Assembly: GCF_016903815.1 (NCBI RefSeq)
Contig: NZ_CP069973.1
Source: Escherichia coli
GTDB taxonomy: Bacteria > Pseudomonadota > Gammaproteobacteria > Enterobacterales > Enterobacteriaceae
Length of the DNA: 64,000 bases
Direction: 5' to 3' (one strand)
Numbering within the stretch: position 1 is the first letter of the stretch; each line of letters begins with the position of its first letter. Position numbers and translations under genes: made by a program. The notes beneath the pieces are model-generated. The model saw nothing but the letters and a program-made list of their open reading frames with translations. It was not told where the DNA came from and did no database searches. This document shows positions 43,063 to 52,548 of this stretch, one piece after another.

Positions 43063-44400
43063 ATGAACGCAAATAACACCCTGGATCTCACGCCACATTT
43101 TGCTTTAGACGGTGATCAGCCATTTAAAGACAGGCGCGCCATGATGCCGTTTCGTGGAGCCATTCCGGTTGCCAAAGAGCAACTGGCACAGACCTGGCAA
43201 GAGATGATCAATCAAACGGTATCACCACGTAAGCGACTGGTTTATCTACACATTCCTTTTTGTGCGACACACTGCACGTTTTGTGGTTTTTATCAGAACC
43301 GTTTTAATGAAGATGCGTGTGCTCATTATACCGACGCCCTGATTCGTGAAATAGAAATGGAAGCGGACAGCGTATTGCATCATTCTGCCCCCATCCACGC
43401 GGTCTATTTCGGTGGCGGTACGCCTTCCGCGCTTTCGGCACACGATTTGGCCAGAATCATCACCACATTACGAGAAAAGCTGCCACTGGCCCCTGATTGT
43501 GAAATCACTATCGAAGGCCGGGTACTGAATTTTGACGCTGAGCGAATCGATGCTTGCCTTGATGCAGGAGCAAACCGCTTCTCAATTGGTATTCAGTCGT
43601 TTAACAGCAAAATCCGTAAGAAAATGGCCCGCACCTCGGATGGCCCAACCGCCATTGCGTTTATGGAAAGCCTGGTCAAACGCGACCGTGCTGCGGTGGT
43701 CTGTGATCTGCTGTTTGGCCTGCCGGGTCAGGATGCGCAAACCTGGGGAGAAGATCTGGCTATTGCTCGCGATATCGGTCTCGACGGCGTCGATCTCTAT
43801 GCGCTCAATGTCCTGCCCAATACACCGCTGGGCAAAGCCGTGGAAAATGGGCGCACTACCGTGCCCTCTCCGGCAGAACGTCGCGATCTTTATCTGCAAG
43901 GGTGTGATTTTATGGACGATGACGGTTGGCGCTGCATCAGTAACAGCCACTGGGGCCGTACCACACGCGAACGCAATCTCTATAACCTGCTGATAAAACA
44001 AGGTGCCGATTGTCTGGCCTTTGGTTCCGGAGCCGGCGGTTCGATTAATGGTTACTCCTGGATGAACGAACGCAATCTTCAGACCTGGCATGAATCCGTC
44101 GCGGCAGGCAAAAAACCGCTGATGATGATCATGCGTAACGCCGAACGTGATGCGCAATGGCGTCATACCTTGCAGTCAGGTGTTGAAACAGCGCGTGTAC
44201 CGCTGGATGAACTTACGCCACATGCCGAAAAACTCGCGCCGTTACTGGCTCAATGGCACCAAAAAGGCTTAAGCCGCGATGCGTCAACTTGCCTGCGGCT
44301 GACTAATGAAGGTCGTTTCTGGGCAAGCAATATTTTGCAGTCTCTTAATGAACTAATTCAGGTACTTAATGCGCCAGCGATTGTGCGTGAAAAACCATAA
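43063..44400 (+). CDS. chuW: Radical SAM haem-degrading enzyme ChuW (HemN-like)
   Basis: 445 aa; radical SAM Cys motif HIPFCATHCTFCGF. Confidence 0.9.
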   Translation: MNANNTLDLTPHFALDGDQPFKDRRAMMPFRGAIPVAKEQLAQTWQEMINQTVSPRKRLVYLHIPFCATHCTFCGFYQNRFNEDACAHYTDALIREIEMEADSVLHHSAPIHAVYFGGGTPSALSAHDLARIITTLREKLPLAPDCEITIEGRVLNFDAERIDACLDAGANRFSIGIQSFNSKIRKKMARTSDGPTAIAFMESLVKRDRAAVVCDLLFGLPGQDAQTWGEDLAIARDIGLDGVDLYALNVLPNTPLGKAVENGRTTVPSPAERRDLYLQGCDFMDDDGWRCISNSHWGRTTRERNLYNLLIKQGADCLAFGSGAGGSINGYSWMNERNLQTWHESVAAGKKPLMMIMRNAERDAQWRHTLQSGVETARVPLDELTPHAEKLAPLLAQWHQKGLSRDASTCLRLTNEGRFWASNILQSLNELIQVLNAPAIVREKP

Positions 44401-44412
44401 CAGGAGTGATTT

Positions 44413-44907
44413 ATGAGCCATGTCTCGTTACAAGAATTTTTGAAAACGGAGCCGGACGGTACGCTGGAGGTGGTAGCCGAACAATACAACACCACACTGC
44501 TGGAAGTAGTGAAAAACCTGCCCTCCTCAACCATAGTGTCAGGCGATAAATTCGATACTGTCTGGGATACCGTCTGCGAATGGGGCAACGTCACCACGTT
44601 AGTACATACTGCCGATGTTATCCTCGAATTTAGCGGCGAACTGCCTTCGGGTTTCCACCGCCACGGCTATTTCAACCTACGCGGAAAGCACGGCATGTCC
44701 GGGCATATCAAAGCAGAAAACTGCACGCATATTGCCTTGATCGAACGTAAATTTATGGGCATGGACACCGCCTCTATTCTCTTTTTCAATAAGAAAGGCA
44801 GCGCCATGCTGAAAATCTTCCTCGGCAGGGATGACCATCGTCAGCTCCTGAGCGAACAAGTCAGCGCCTTCCATGCTCTGGCAGCATCGTTAAAGGAACA
44901 CGCCTGA
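44413..44907 (+). CDS. chuX: Haem-binding protein ChuX
   Basis: 164-aa ORF in the chuTWXYUV order; stop overlaps the chuY start. Confidence 0.85.
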   Translation: MSHVSLQEFLKTEPDGTLEVVAEQYNTTLLEVVKNLPSSTIVSGDKFDTVWDTVCEWGNVTTLVHTADVILEFSGELPSGFHRHGYFNLRGKHGMSGHIKAENCTHIALIERKFMGMDTASILFFNKKGSAMLKIFLGRDDHRQLLSEQVSAFHALAASLKEHA

Positions 44908-45530
44908 TGACACCGTGGCTACTCTTTGGCGCAGGCGGAAAAGGTGTGGGTGCCAGAACGCTTGAACTGGCGCTGGCAGAGCAACGTCCGGTCGTTGCTG
45001 TCGTTCGTCATGCCGATGCCGCCACGAAACTGGCGCAACAAGGCGTACAGTTTTTTACAGGCGACGCCTGTGATGCCAGCGTAGTCGCGGATGCTTGCCG
45101 CGCAGCTGGCCCGGATGCGCTTATCATCTCAACAATGGGCGGAGCTCAGGATTATCTGGCGCACAGAACAGTGATTGATGAGGCCGAAAAGGCCGGCATT
45201 AGTCGCATGATTCTGGTGACCTCTTTGGGATGCGGCGATAGCTGGCCGTTTTTATCGGAGCGAGCAAAGGCTGCGTTTGGTCAGGCGGTACGGGAAAAAA
45301 CGCTGGCGGAAAGCTGGTTGCAAACCAGCCAGCTTGATTACGCCATTCTCCGCCCTGGCGGTCTGCTTGATGGGGCGGCAACGGGCAAAGCACAACGGAT
45401 ACAAAATCAGGAGTGTCATGGTTTTGTTAACCGTGCCGATGTCGCCGCACATATCCATGAACTGGCAAATGCGCCAGCACTTAACCAGCAGGTCTACAGT
45501 CTGATTGAACCGGACCTGAAACCGGCGTGA
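44907..45530 (+). CDS. chuY: NAD(P)-dependent reductase ChuY
   Basis: 207 aa; Rossmann-type N-terminus LLFGAGGKGVGART. Confidence 0.85.
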   Translation: MTPWLLFGAGGKGVGARTLELALAEQRPVVAVVRHADAATKLAQQGVQFFTGDACDASVVADACRAAGPDALIISTMGGAQDYLAHRTVIDEAEKAGISRMILVTSLGCGDSWPFLSERAKAAFGQAVREKTLAESWLQTSQLDYAILRPGGLLDGAATGKAQRIQNQECHGFVNRADVAAHIHELANAPALNQQVYSLIEPDLKPA

Positions 45531-45578
45531 TCCCCCGGCGCGGAATCTCCGCGCCGTAATGTCGTAACGGAGTTTTGC

Positions 45579-46571
45579 GTGCTCAAGGATTCACTCTCTT
45601 CCGCCAGGGTCTTTATGGGGCTATCACTATTATTGCTCGCTCTGGTGCTGTTCGGTGCCAGTCAGGGAGCGTTAAAGATCAGTTTTGATGCTCTTTTTGA
45701 TGAGGAATACCGCGATATCTGGCTCAATATTCGTCTACCACGGGTTTTGCTGGCGGTGCTGGTAGGTGCAGCGTTGGCAACCGCAGGGGTAATTATGCAG
45801 GGGCTTTTTCGCAACCCAATGGCTGACCCAGGATTACTTGGCGTCAGTAGCGGTTCTGCATTAATGGTTGGCGTTGCTATTGTGCTACCGTTCTCCTTCC
45901 CAGTGGTGCTGGTGCTCTATGAGCAAATGGTGTTTGCCATTGCCGGAAGTTTAGTGGTCTGCACCATCATTTTTCTCATCACGCAGCGCCATCGCGATGG
46001 CAGCATGATGCAATTATTACTCGCCGGTATCGCCATCAATGCCCTGTGCGGCGCAGCGATCGGCATCCTGAGCTATATCGGCGATGAGCAGCAGCTACGA
46101 CAACTCACATTGTGGATGATGGGCAATCTTGGACAGGCGCAATGGCCGACGTTATTGGTTGCCAGTTCATTCATCCTACCGGCCATTATCGCAACAACTT
46201 GTCTCGCCGGAACGCTGAATTTACTGCAGCTCGGTGATGAAGAAGCCCACTACCTCGGCGTGAACGTTAAGCGTAAACGCCAGCAATTACTGTTAGTGAG
46301 CTCACTGCTCGTTGGTGCCGCCGTATCGGTAAGCGGCATTATCGGCTTTATTGGCCTGGTGATCCCGCATCTGATTCGTATGACTACCGGGGCAAATCAC
46401 CGCTGGCTAATCCCTTGCTCCGCCCTCGCCGGAGCCTGTTTATTGCTGATGGCAGACACGCTTGCCCGCACGCTGGTACAGCCAGCAGAAATGCCCGTGG
46501 GATTATTAACCAGCCTGCTTGGTGGCCCTTATTTTATGTGGTTGATTCTGCGCAACCGGAGGATCACATGA
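45579..46571 (+). CDS. chuU: Haem ABC transporter permease ChuU (FecCD family)
   Basis: 330-aa polytopic ORF, GTG start; stop overlaps the chuV ATG. Confidence 0.9.
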   Translation: MLKDSLSSARVFMGLSLLLLALVLFGASQGALKISFDALFDEEYRDIWLNIRLPRVLLAVLVGAALATAGVIMQGLFRNPMADPGLLGVSSGSALMVGVAIVLPFSFPVVLVLYEQMVFAIAGSLVVCTIIFLITQRHRDGSMMQLLLAGIAINALCGAAIGILSYIGDEQQLRQLTLWMMGNLGQAQWPTLLVASSFILPAIIATTCLAGTLNLLQLGDEEAHYLGVNVKRKRQQLLLVSSLLVGAAVSVSGIIGFIGLVIPHLIRMTTGANHRWLIPCSALAGACLLLMADTLARTLVQPAEMPVGLLTSLLGGPYFMWLILRNRRIT

Positions 46572-47338
46572 TCAGCGCCCAGAATCTGGTTTATAGCCTT
46601 CAGGGGCGGCGTCTGACTGATAATGTCTCGCTGACTTTTCCCGGTGGGGAAATCGTTGCCATTCTCGGCCCTAATGGTGCGGGAAAATCTACGCTGCTTC
46701 GCCAGTTAACCGGCTATCTTCAACCTGATAGCGGCGAATGTCGGTTGTTTAATAAGCCATTAAATGAATGGTCGATTACTGAACTGGCGAAACACCGGGC
46801 CGTGATGCGTCAAAATAGCCACATGGCGTTTCCATTCAGCGTACAAGAAGTTATCCAGATGGGGCGGCATCCGCATCGCACTGGTAATCAGGATAATGAA
46901 ACAGCACAAATAATGGCGTTATGTGACTGTCAGGCGTTAGCAAACCGCGACTATCGGCAATTATCCGGTGGTGAACAACAGCGCGTGCAATTAGCGCGCC
47001 TGCTGGTGCAACTCTGGGAACCTACTCCCTCACCGAAATGGTTATTTCTTGATGAACCAACTTCGGCGCTGGATATTCACCATCAGCAGCACTTGTTTCG
47101 TTTATTACGCCAGCTAGTTCACGAACGGCAGTTCAATGTTTGCTGCGTATTGCACGATCTAAATCTTGCCGCGCGTTATGCAGACCGTGTTGTATTAATG
47201 CAAAAAGGAAAGGTTATCGCAAATGGTAAACCACAGGACGTATTGACACAGCAGGCGCTGACCATGCTTTACGGCGCGGATATTACCGTACTTAAAGATC
47301 CTGCCAGCCATTCCCCCCTGATCGTCCTCGATCATTAA
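46568..47338 (+). CDS. chuV: Haem ABC transporter ATPase ChuV
   Basis: Start at [12 protein letters not shown]; Walker [10 protein letters not shown] and ABC signature LSGGEQQR. The track start at 46415 lies inside chuU and is rejected. Confidence 0.9.
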   Translation: MISAQNLVYSLQGRRLTDNVSLTFPGGEIVAILGPNGAGKSTLLRQLTGYLQPDSGECRLFNKPLNEWSITELAKHRAVMRQNSHMAFPFSVQEVIQMGRHPHRTGNQDNETAQIMALCDCQALANRDYRQLSGGEQQRVQLARLLVQLWEPTPSPKWLFLDEPTSALDIHHQQHLFRLLRQLVHERQFNVCCVLHDLNLAARYADRVVLMQKGKVIANGKPQDVLTQQALTMLYGADITVLKDPASHSPLIVLDH

Positions 47339-47389
47339 AACCAACAGGAGTACCGCTCTGGTACTCCTGTGAATAAATAACTATAAAGA

Positions 47390-48037
47390 TTAGCTAATTG
47401 AAACGCCTTTCACCCCTGCCATACCTTTTAATAATCGCAACAGGTCTTCTATCGACGTTGTGGCATGAAGCTGGATATCAATGGCGACCACTTCATGATC
47501 TTCATTTTCCTGCAACGAAACTAAATCAGTTTTTATTTTTTGCTGCTTAAACCAGTCGAGCATTGATACCGTATTACCGTTCACTAATGTCAGCTGTAAA
47601 TGGTAATTTTTGTTCATCAGGCGGAAGGTTAATTGATGGAAGACTTCCAGCACCAGCAAGGTCATCACTGAACCATAAATGCCCAGTTCGTACATACCAC
47701 TGCCAATAACCATACCTATAGCGGCGGTCACCCAGATATCCGCTGCCGTCGTCAGACCTACAATATTTTGGTTACGAACGAGAATGTTACCTGCGCCGAT
47801 AAACCCGACGCCCGTCACCACCTGAGCAGCAATACGGCTGGGGTCCAGTCCGACGTGATCTAAAGACAGCACGTCAGCAAAACCATATTTCGAAACAATC
47901 ATAAACAGGGCGCTTCCCATGCCAATTAATACATGTGTGCGTAACCCTGCTCCTTTGCCGCGCATTTGCCTTTCCATGCCAATAGCGCCACAGGCAATTG
48001 CTGCGAGTATAAGACGTATAATAAATTCTGCTGTCAT
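47390..48037 (-). CDS. yhiD: MgtC-family inner membrane protein YhiD
   Basis: 215 aa from ATG 48037 (MTAEFIIRLILAAIACGAIGMER). Confidence 0.85.
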   Translation of the reverse strand: MTAEFIIRLILAAIACGAIGMERQMRGKGAGLRTHVLIGMGSALFMIVSKYGFADVLSLDHVGLDPSRIAAQVVTGVGFIGAGNILVRNQNIVGLTTAADIWVTAAIGMVIGSGMYELGIYGSVMTLLVLEVFHQLTFRLMNKNYHLQLTLVNGNTVSMLDWFKQQKIKTDLVSLQENEDHEVVAIDIQLHATTSIEDLLRLLKGMAGVKGVSIS

Positions 48038-48100
48038 ATAAAAATGCAAAAAGGAGCAGCAAGATGGCTCAACTTGCTACTCCTTTTTACTTGTACCTCA

Positions 48101-48427
48101 TTAATTCGGCAAGTCATTAGATGCTTGATTTTTGAAGGTATACAAATTTTTCTGCGGGTTTTTCTTGCAGTATTCGATCACTTTAGGAATTTGAGTGAGA
48201 TCGGTTTCATTTAAAGTAACGGTATCGCCACCTTTATATACTGTCTCTTCATGCAGCATCCACCATGCAACCGGTGTCATTGCTTTTGGATTCAGATCAA
48301 TAAATTCCTGGCAGGTCATATCTTTAGCGGATTCATTGGCTGCCAGCGCAGATTGTGCGTTCACCAGTGACAAAGCCGCTACAGCGCCCATAAAAATAAA
48401 CGCTTTACGGAGAGATGAAATATTCAT
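48101..48427 (-). CDS. hdeB: Periplasmic acid-stress chaperone HdeB
   Basis: 108 aa from MNISSLRKAFIFMGAVAALSLVNAQSALA. Confidence 0.9.
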   Translation of the reverse strand: MNISSLRKAFIFMGAVAALSLVNAQSALAANESAKDMTCQEFIDLNPKAMTPVAWWMLHEETVYKGGDTVTLNETDLTQIPKVIEYCKKNPQKNLYTFKNQASNDLPN

Positions 48428-48542
48428 TTTGTAACCCATTCAATATAGAGATTATATATGAACAGGAGGAATAGCTGCTTTTAAAGAAGATATTCCGGCC
48501 TGTTCAATATGCAAGGAAGTACGATGTAACGCATTCCCGGAA

Positions 48543-48875
48543 TTACATATCTTTCTTAATTTTGTCCCATTCGCCTTTAACTTTATCTTTAAAGTTGGCT
48601 TGTTTATCCTGAGTACAAGCCTGAACGATAGCTGGGGTTACGGTTGCAATACCCTGAACATCTAAAACCGCATCTTCTGGTTTATCTTTGTTGTTCAGCG
48701 CTTCAGCAAAACCAACTGCAGTTGGCTGGAAGGATTCGTCCACAGCCAGGAAATCTTCACAGGTCCAGGAGTTGACCGGTTTTTTGTTATCAGCTGCTTT
48801 TTGCGCATCCGCTGCATTGCTCACAACTGGCAGAAGAAGCAGACCACCAAGAATAACGCCTAATACTTTTTTCAT
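48543..48875 (-). CDS. hdeA: Periplasmic acid-stress chaperone HdeA
   Basis: 110 aa MKKVLGVILGGLLLLPVVSNAADAQKAADNKKPVNSWTCEDFL... Confidence 0.95.
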   Translation of the reverse strand: MKKVLGVILGGLLLLPVVSNAADAQKAADNKKPVNSWTCEDFLAVDESFQPTAVGFAEALNNKDKPEDAVLDVQGIATVTPAIVQACTQDKQANFKDKVKGEWDKIKKDM

Positions 48876-49129
48876 CGTAATATCCTCAACTATAAAGTGA
48901 AAGAGCCGTCACGAATCAATTTCGACACTGAGGTTATAACCTGGTTTTCTGTATATGTCATGTTGATGGAAAATATCAAAATCAGATATTTTTATTTCAA
49001 TACAATGAGTTACAGATGCATCAGATACTGTAATTAGGAAATTTTTATTAAATCGACTGCATTCTTAGACGCGTTTTTGGCATAGATTGATAGCAGGGGA
49101 TTTTCTTCTTAATTTTATAGGGTGGTTCT

Positions 49130-49702
49130 ATGTTATATATAGATAAGGCAACAATTTTGAAGTTTGATCTGGAGATGCTGAAAAAGCATCGCAGAGCAAT
49201 CCAGTTTATTGCCGTGTTGCTGTTTATCGTCGGGTTGCTGTGTATCAGTTTCCCGTTCGTCTCTGGCGATATTTTAAGCACGGTAGTGGGTGCATTATTA
49301 ATCTGCTCGGGCGTTGCGCTTATTGTCGGGTTATTCAGCAACCGCAGTCATAATTTCTGGCCGGTATTATCCGGTTTCCTCGTCGCAGTCGCCTATTTAT
49401 TGATCGGCTATTTCTTCATCCGCGCACCGGAGCTGGGCATTTTTGCCATTGCGGCATTTATTGCCGGTTTGTTCTGTGTTGCAGGGGTTATTCGCCTGAT
49501 GAGTTGGTATCGTCAGCGTTCAATGAAAGGCAGCTGGCTACAGCTCGTTATTGGTGTGCTGGATATCGTCATTGCATGGATATTCCTTGGTGCAACGCCG
49601 ATGGTGTCTGTAACTTTGGTTTCCACACTGGTGGGTATTGAACTGATATTTAGCGCCGCCAGCCTGTTCAGCTTCGCCAGTTTGTTCGTTAAGCAGCAAT
49701 AA
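49130..49702 (+). CDS. hdeD: Acid-resistance membrane protein HdeD
   Basis: 190-aa membrane ORF divergent from hdeAB. Confidence 0.9.
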   Translation: MLYIDKATILKFDLEMLKKHRRAIQFIAVLLFIVGLLCISFPFVSGDILSTVVGALLICSGVALIVGLFSNRSHNFWPVLSGFLVAVAYLLIGYFFIRAPELGIFAIAAFIAGLFCVAGVIRLMSWYRQRSMKGSWLQLVIGVLDIVIAWIFLGATPMVSVTLVSTLVGIELIFSAASLFSFASLFVKQQ

Positions 49703-49720
49703 TTATTCTTGTTGTCACCC

Positions 49721-49751
49721 GGATCATAGTCACTTGATGTGACTATGATCC
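49721..49751. terminator. Perfect 13-bp hairpin after hdeD (putative terminator)
   Basis: ggatcatagtcac-ttgat-gtgactatgatcc; no strong U-tract. Confidence 0.35.
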
Positions 49752-50500
49752 GATTAATACTCTCTCCGCTACACAGCGTTGTAGATCAATTGCGCACTAT
49801 CATTGAAATAATTACCTGCTGATGATTATTTCAACCTACTGAATTTCATCTAATTTTTTTCATTCCATGGCAAATTAGCCATTTCAAACATTATCATGGC
49901 TGATATTTTCCGTAGTCAGGTTTAATGTTTTAAAAGTGCTGTGGGAAAGTGAACAAAGAGTTCCGTAAGCGTTGATGCTATGGGCGGTTAAATAAGTAAT
50001 CCGGGTTCATTTTTTTGCAACAGGCGTTGATTACATTGCATAAATATCCGTGTCTCCAGACGCTATATAAAAACCTGAAGACATGAATGCGTTATTTACT
50101 CAGGTAATTTCAATGCGTTAAAAGAAAGCTGGCAATCCAATTGCCAGCTTAAGTCGAAACAAGGAGACTCGATATTTAAATCGGATTACATTTTAACTTT
50201 AGTAATATTCTTCAGAGATCACAAACTGGTTATTGATAACTTATTCTTGGGCAGTAATCCGCAAACGTTAACTTTTTGTTTACCATTTACAAATTGATAA
50301 CAACCAGGAATCTTACTTAGGATCAATATATGGAGTGCGTGATGGATAAATCTGAAGTATTGATTAGTGTTAATAGACGTATTAGTTCACGAAGGGCAAA
50401 GTTCTTATAGGCGTTTACTATATTGAACAACGATTCGGACAAGGATGTAAATAATGAAAAGGATGACATGTTCGAAACGATAACGGCTAAGGAGCAAGTT

Positions 50501-51028
50501 ATGATTTTTCTCATGACGAAAGATTCTTTTCTTTTACAGGGCTTTTGGCAGTTGAAAGATAATCACGAAATGATAAAAATCAATTCCCTGTCAGAGATCA
50601 AAAAAGTAGGCAATAAACCCTTCAAGGTTATCATTGATACCTATCACAATCATATCCTTGATGAAGAAGCGATTAAATTTCTGGAGAAATTAGATGCCGA
50701 GAGAATTATTGTTTTGGCACCTTATCACATCAGTAAACTAAAAGCTAAAGCGCCTATTTATTTTGTTAGTCGCAAAGAAAGTATCAAAAATCTTCTTGAG
50801 ATTACTTATGGTAAACACTTGCCCCATAAGAATTCACAATTATGTTTTTCACATAATCAGTTCAAAATTATGCAACTGATTCTGAAAAATAAAAATGAAA
50901 GCAATATCACGTCGACGCTCAATATTTCGCAACAAACATTAAAGATTCAGAAATTCAACATTATGTACAAGCTGAAACTAAGACGTATGAGCGACATCGT
51001 CACCCTGGGTATCACATCTTATTTTTAG
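50501..51028 (+). CDS. gadE: Acid-resistance transcriptional activator GadE (LuxR family)
   Basis: 175 aa from MIFLMTKDSFLLQGFWQLKD. The track ORF starts 26 codons upstream. Confidence 0.9.
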   Translation: MIFLMTKDSFLLQGFWQLKDNHEMIKINSLSEIKKVGNKPFKVIIDTYHNHILDEEAIKFLEKLDAERIIVLAPYHISKLKAKAPIYFVSRKESIKNLLEITYGKHLPHKNSQLCFSHNQFKIMQLILKNKNESNITSTLNISQQTLKIQKFNIMYKLKLRRMSDIVTLGITSYF

Positions 51029-51366
51029 TCAGGACATAAGCAACTGAAATTGATGGCTGGCATGACGAGGGATGCAGATGCTGATTTCATTACCCCCGGT
51101 GATTACTAAAGGAGAGGCGAAAACGACTTTATTCCCCTGGTATATGTATCCACCAGTAGAACCCTTCGTTGCCCGAATGCTGGCAGGAACTGTTGGCAGA
51201 ACGGCAACATTTTTTTTGTCGTTGACCTCACCATGTCGATCACTATGCCTGTATCCCACCTTACTGGCTGACAACCCCACTATGCCGCTGGTCTGTAAAT
51301 CCCTCATATCTCTCCTCGCGCGCAATTTAAAGAACCGTTATTTCTCAAGAATTTTCAGGGACTAAA

Positions 51367-52524
51367 ATGAACAGAAGAAGAAAGCTGTTAATACCGTTGT
51401 TATTCTGCGGCGCGATGCTCACCGCCTGCGATGACAAATCGGCGGAAAACGCCGCCGCCATGACGCCTGAGGTCGGTGTCGTCACGCTCTCCCCCGGTTC
51501 GGTCAATGTGTTGAGCGAATTACCCGGTAGAACCGTTCCTTATGAAGTTGCCGAGATACGTCCCCAGGTGGGCGGTATTATCATTAAACGCAACTTTATC
51601 GAAGGCGATAAAGTGAACCAGGGCGATTCGCTGTATCAGATTGATCCTGCACCTTTACAGGCCGAGCTGAACTCCGCCAAAGGCACGCTGGCGAAAGCGC
51701 TCTCTACCGCCAGCAATGCCCGCATCACCTTTAACCGCCAGGCATCGTTGCTGAAGACCAACTACGTTAGCCGTCAGGATTACGACACCGCGCGCACCCA
51801 GTTGAATGAAGCAGAAGCCAATGTCACCGTCGCCAAAGCGGCTGTTGAACAGGCGACTATCAACCTGCAATACGCGAATGTCACCTCGCCGATTACGGGC
51901 GTCAGCGGGAAATCGTCGGTGACCGTCGGCGCACTCGTTACCGCTAATCAGGCAGATTCGCTGGTTACCGTACAACGTCTGGACCCGATTTATGTCGATC
52001 TCACGCAGTCGGTGCAGGATTTCTTGCGCATGAAAGAAGAGGTCGCCAGTGGGCAAATCAAACAGGTTCAGGGCAGTACGCCAGTACAGCTCAATCTGGA
52101 AAATGGTAAACGTTACAGCCAGACCGGCACGCTGAAATTCTCCGACCCGACGGTGGATGAAACCACGGACTCCGTGACGTTACGGGCGATTTTCCCCAAC
52201 CCAAATGGTGACTTGCTGCCTGGCATGTATGTCACGGCATTAGTGGATGAAGGTAGCCGCCAGAATGTATTACTGGTGCCGCAGGAAGGCGTCACCCACA
52301 ACGCCCAGGGTAAAGCAGCGGCGCTCATTCTGGATAAAGACGATGTCGTGCAGCTACGCGAAATTGAAGCCAGCAAAGCCATCGGCGACCAGTGGGTTGT
52401 CACCTCTGGCTTGCAGGCTGGCGATCGGGTGATCGTTTCCGGTTTGCAACGCATTCGTCCGGGTATCAAAGCACGAGCAATTTCCTCCAGCCAGGAAAAC
52501 GTCAGCACCGAATCGAAACAATAA
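51367..52524 (+). CDS. mdtE: RND efflux membrane fusion lipoprotein MdtE
   Basis: 385 aa; lipoprotein signal MNRRRKLLIPLLFCGAMLTACDDK. Confidence 0.95.
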   Translation: MNRRRKLLIPLLFCGAMLTACDDKSAENAAAMTPEVGVVTLSPGSVNVLSELPGRTVPYEVAEIRPQVGGIIIKRNFIEGDKVNQGDSLYQIDPAPLQAELNSAKGTLAKALSTASNARITFNRQASLLKTNYVSRQDYDTARTQLNEAEANVTVAKAAVEQATINLQYANVTSPITGVSGKSSVTVGALVTANQADSLVTVQRLDPIYVDLTQSVQDFLRMKEEVASGQIKQVQGSTPVQLNLENGKRYSQTGTLKFSDPTVDETTDSVTLRAIFPNPNGDLLPGMYVTALVDEGSRQNVLLVPQEGVTHNAQGKAAALILDKDDVVQLREIEASKAIGDQWVVTSGLQAGDRVIVSGLQRIRPGIKARAISSSQENVSTESKQ

Positions 52525-52548
52525 CGTTGCAGGCTTAAGGGGGCTTTC

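Noticed and set aside
46415-46567. Upstream extension of chuV from the ORF track
   Set aside because: Lies entirely within chuU in another frame; the ATG at 46568 overlapping the chuU stop gives the canonical ATPase N-terminus.
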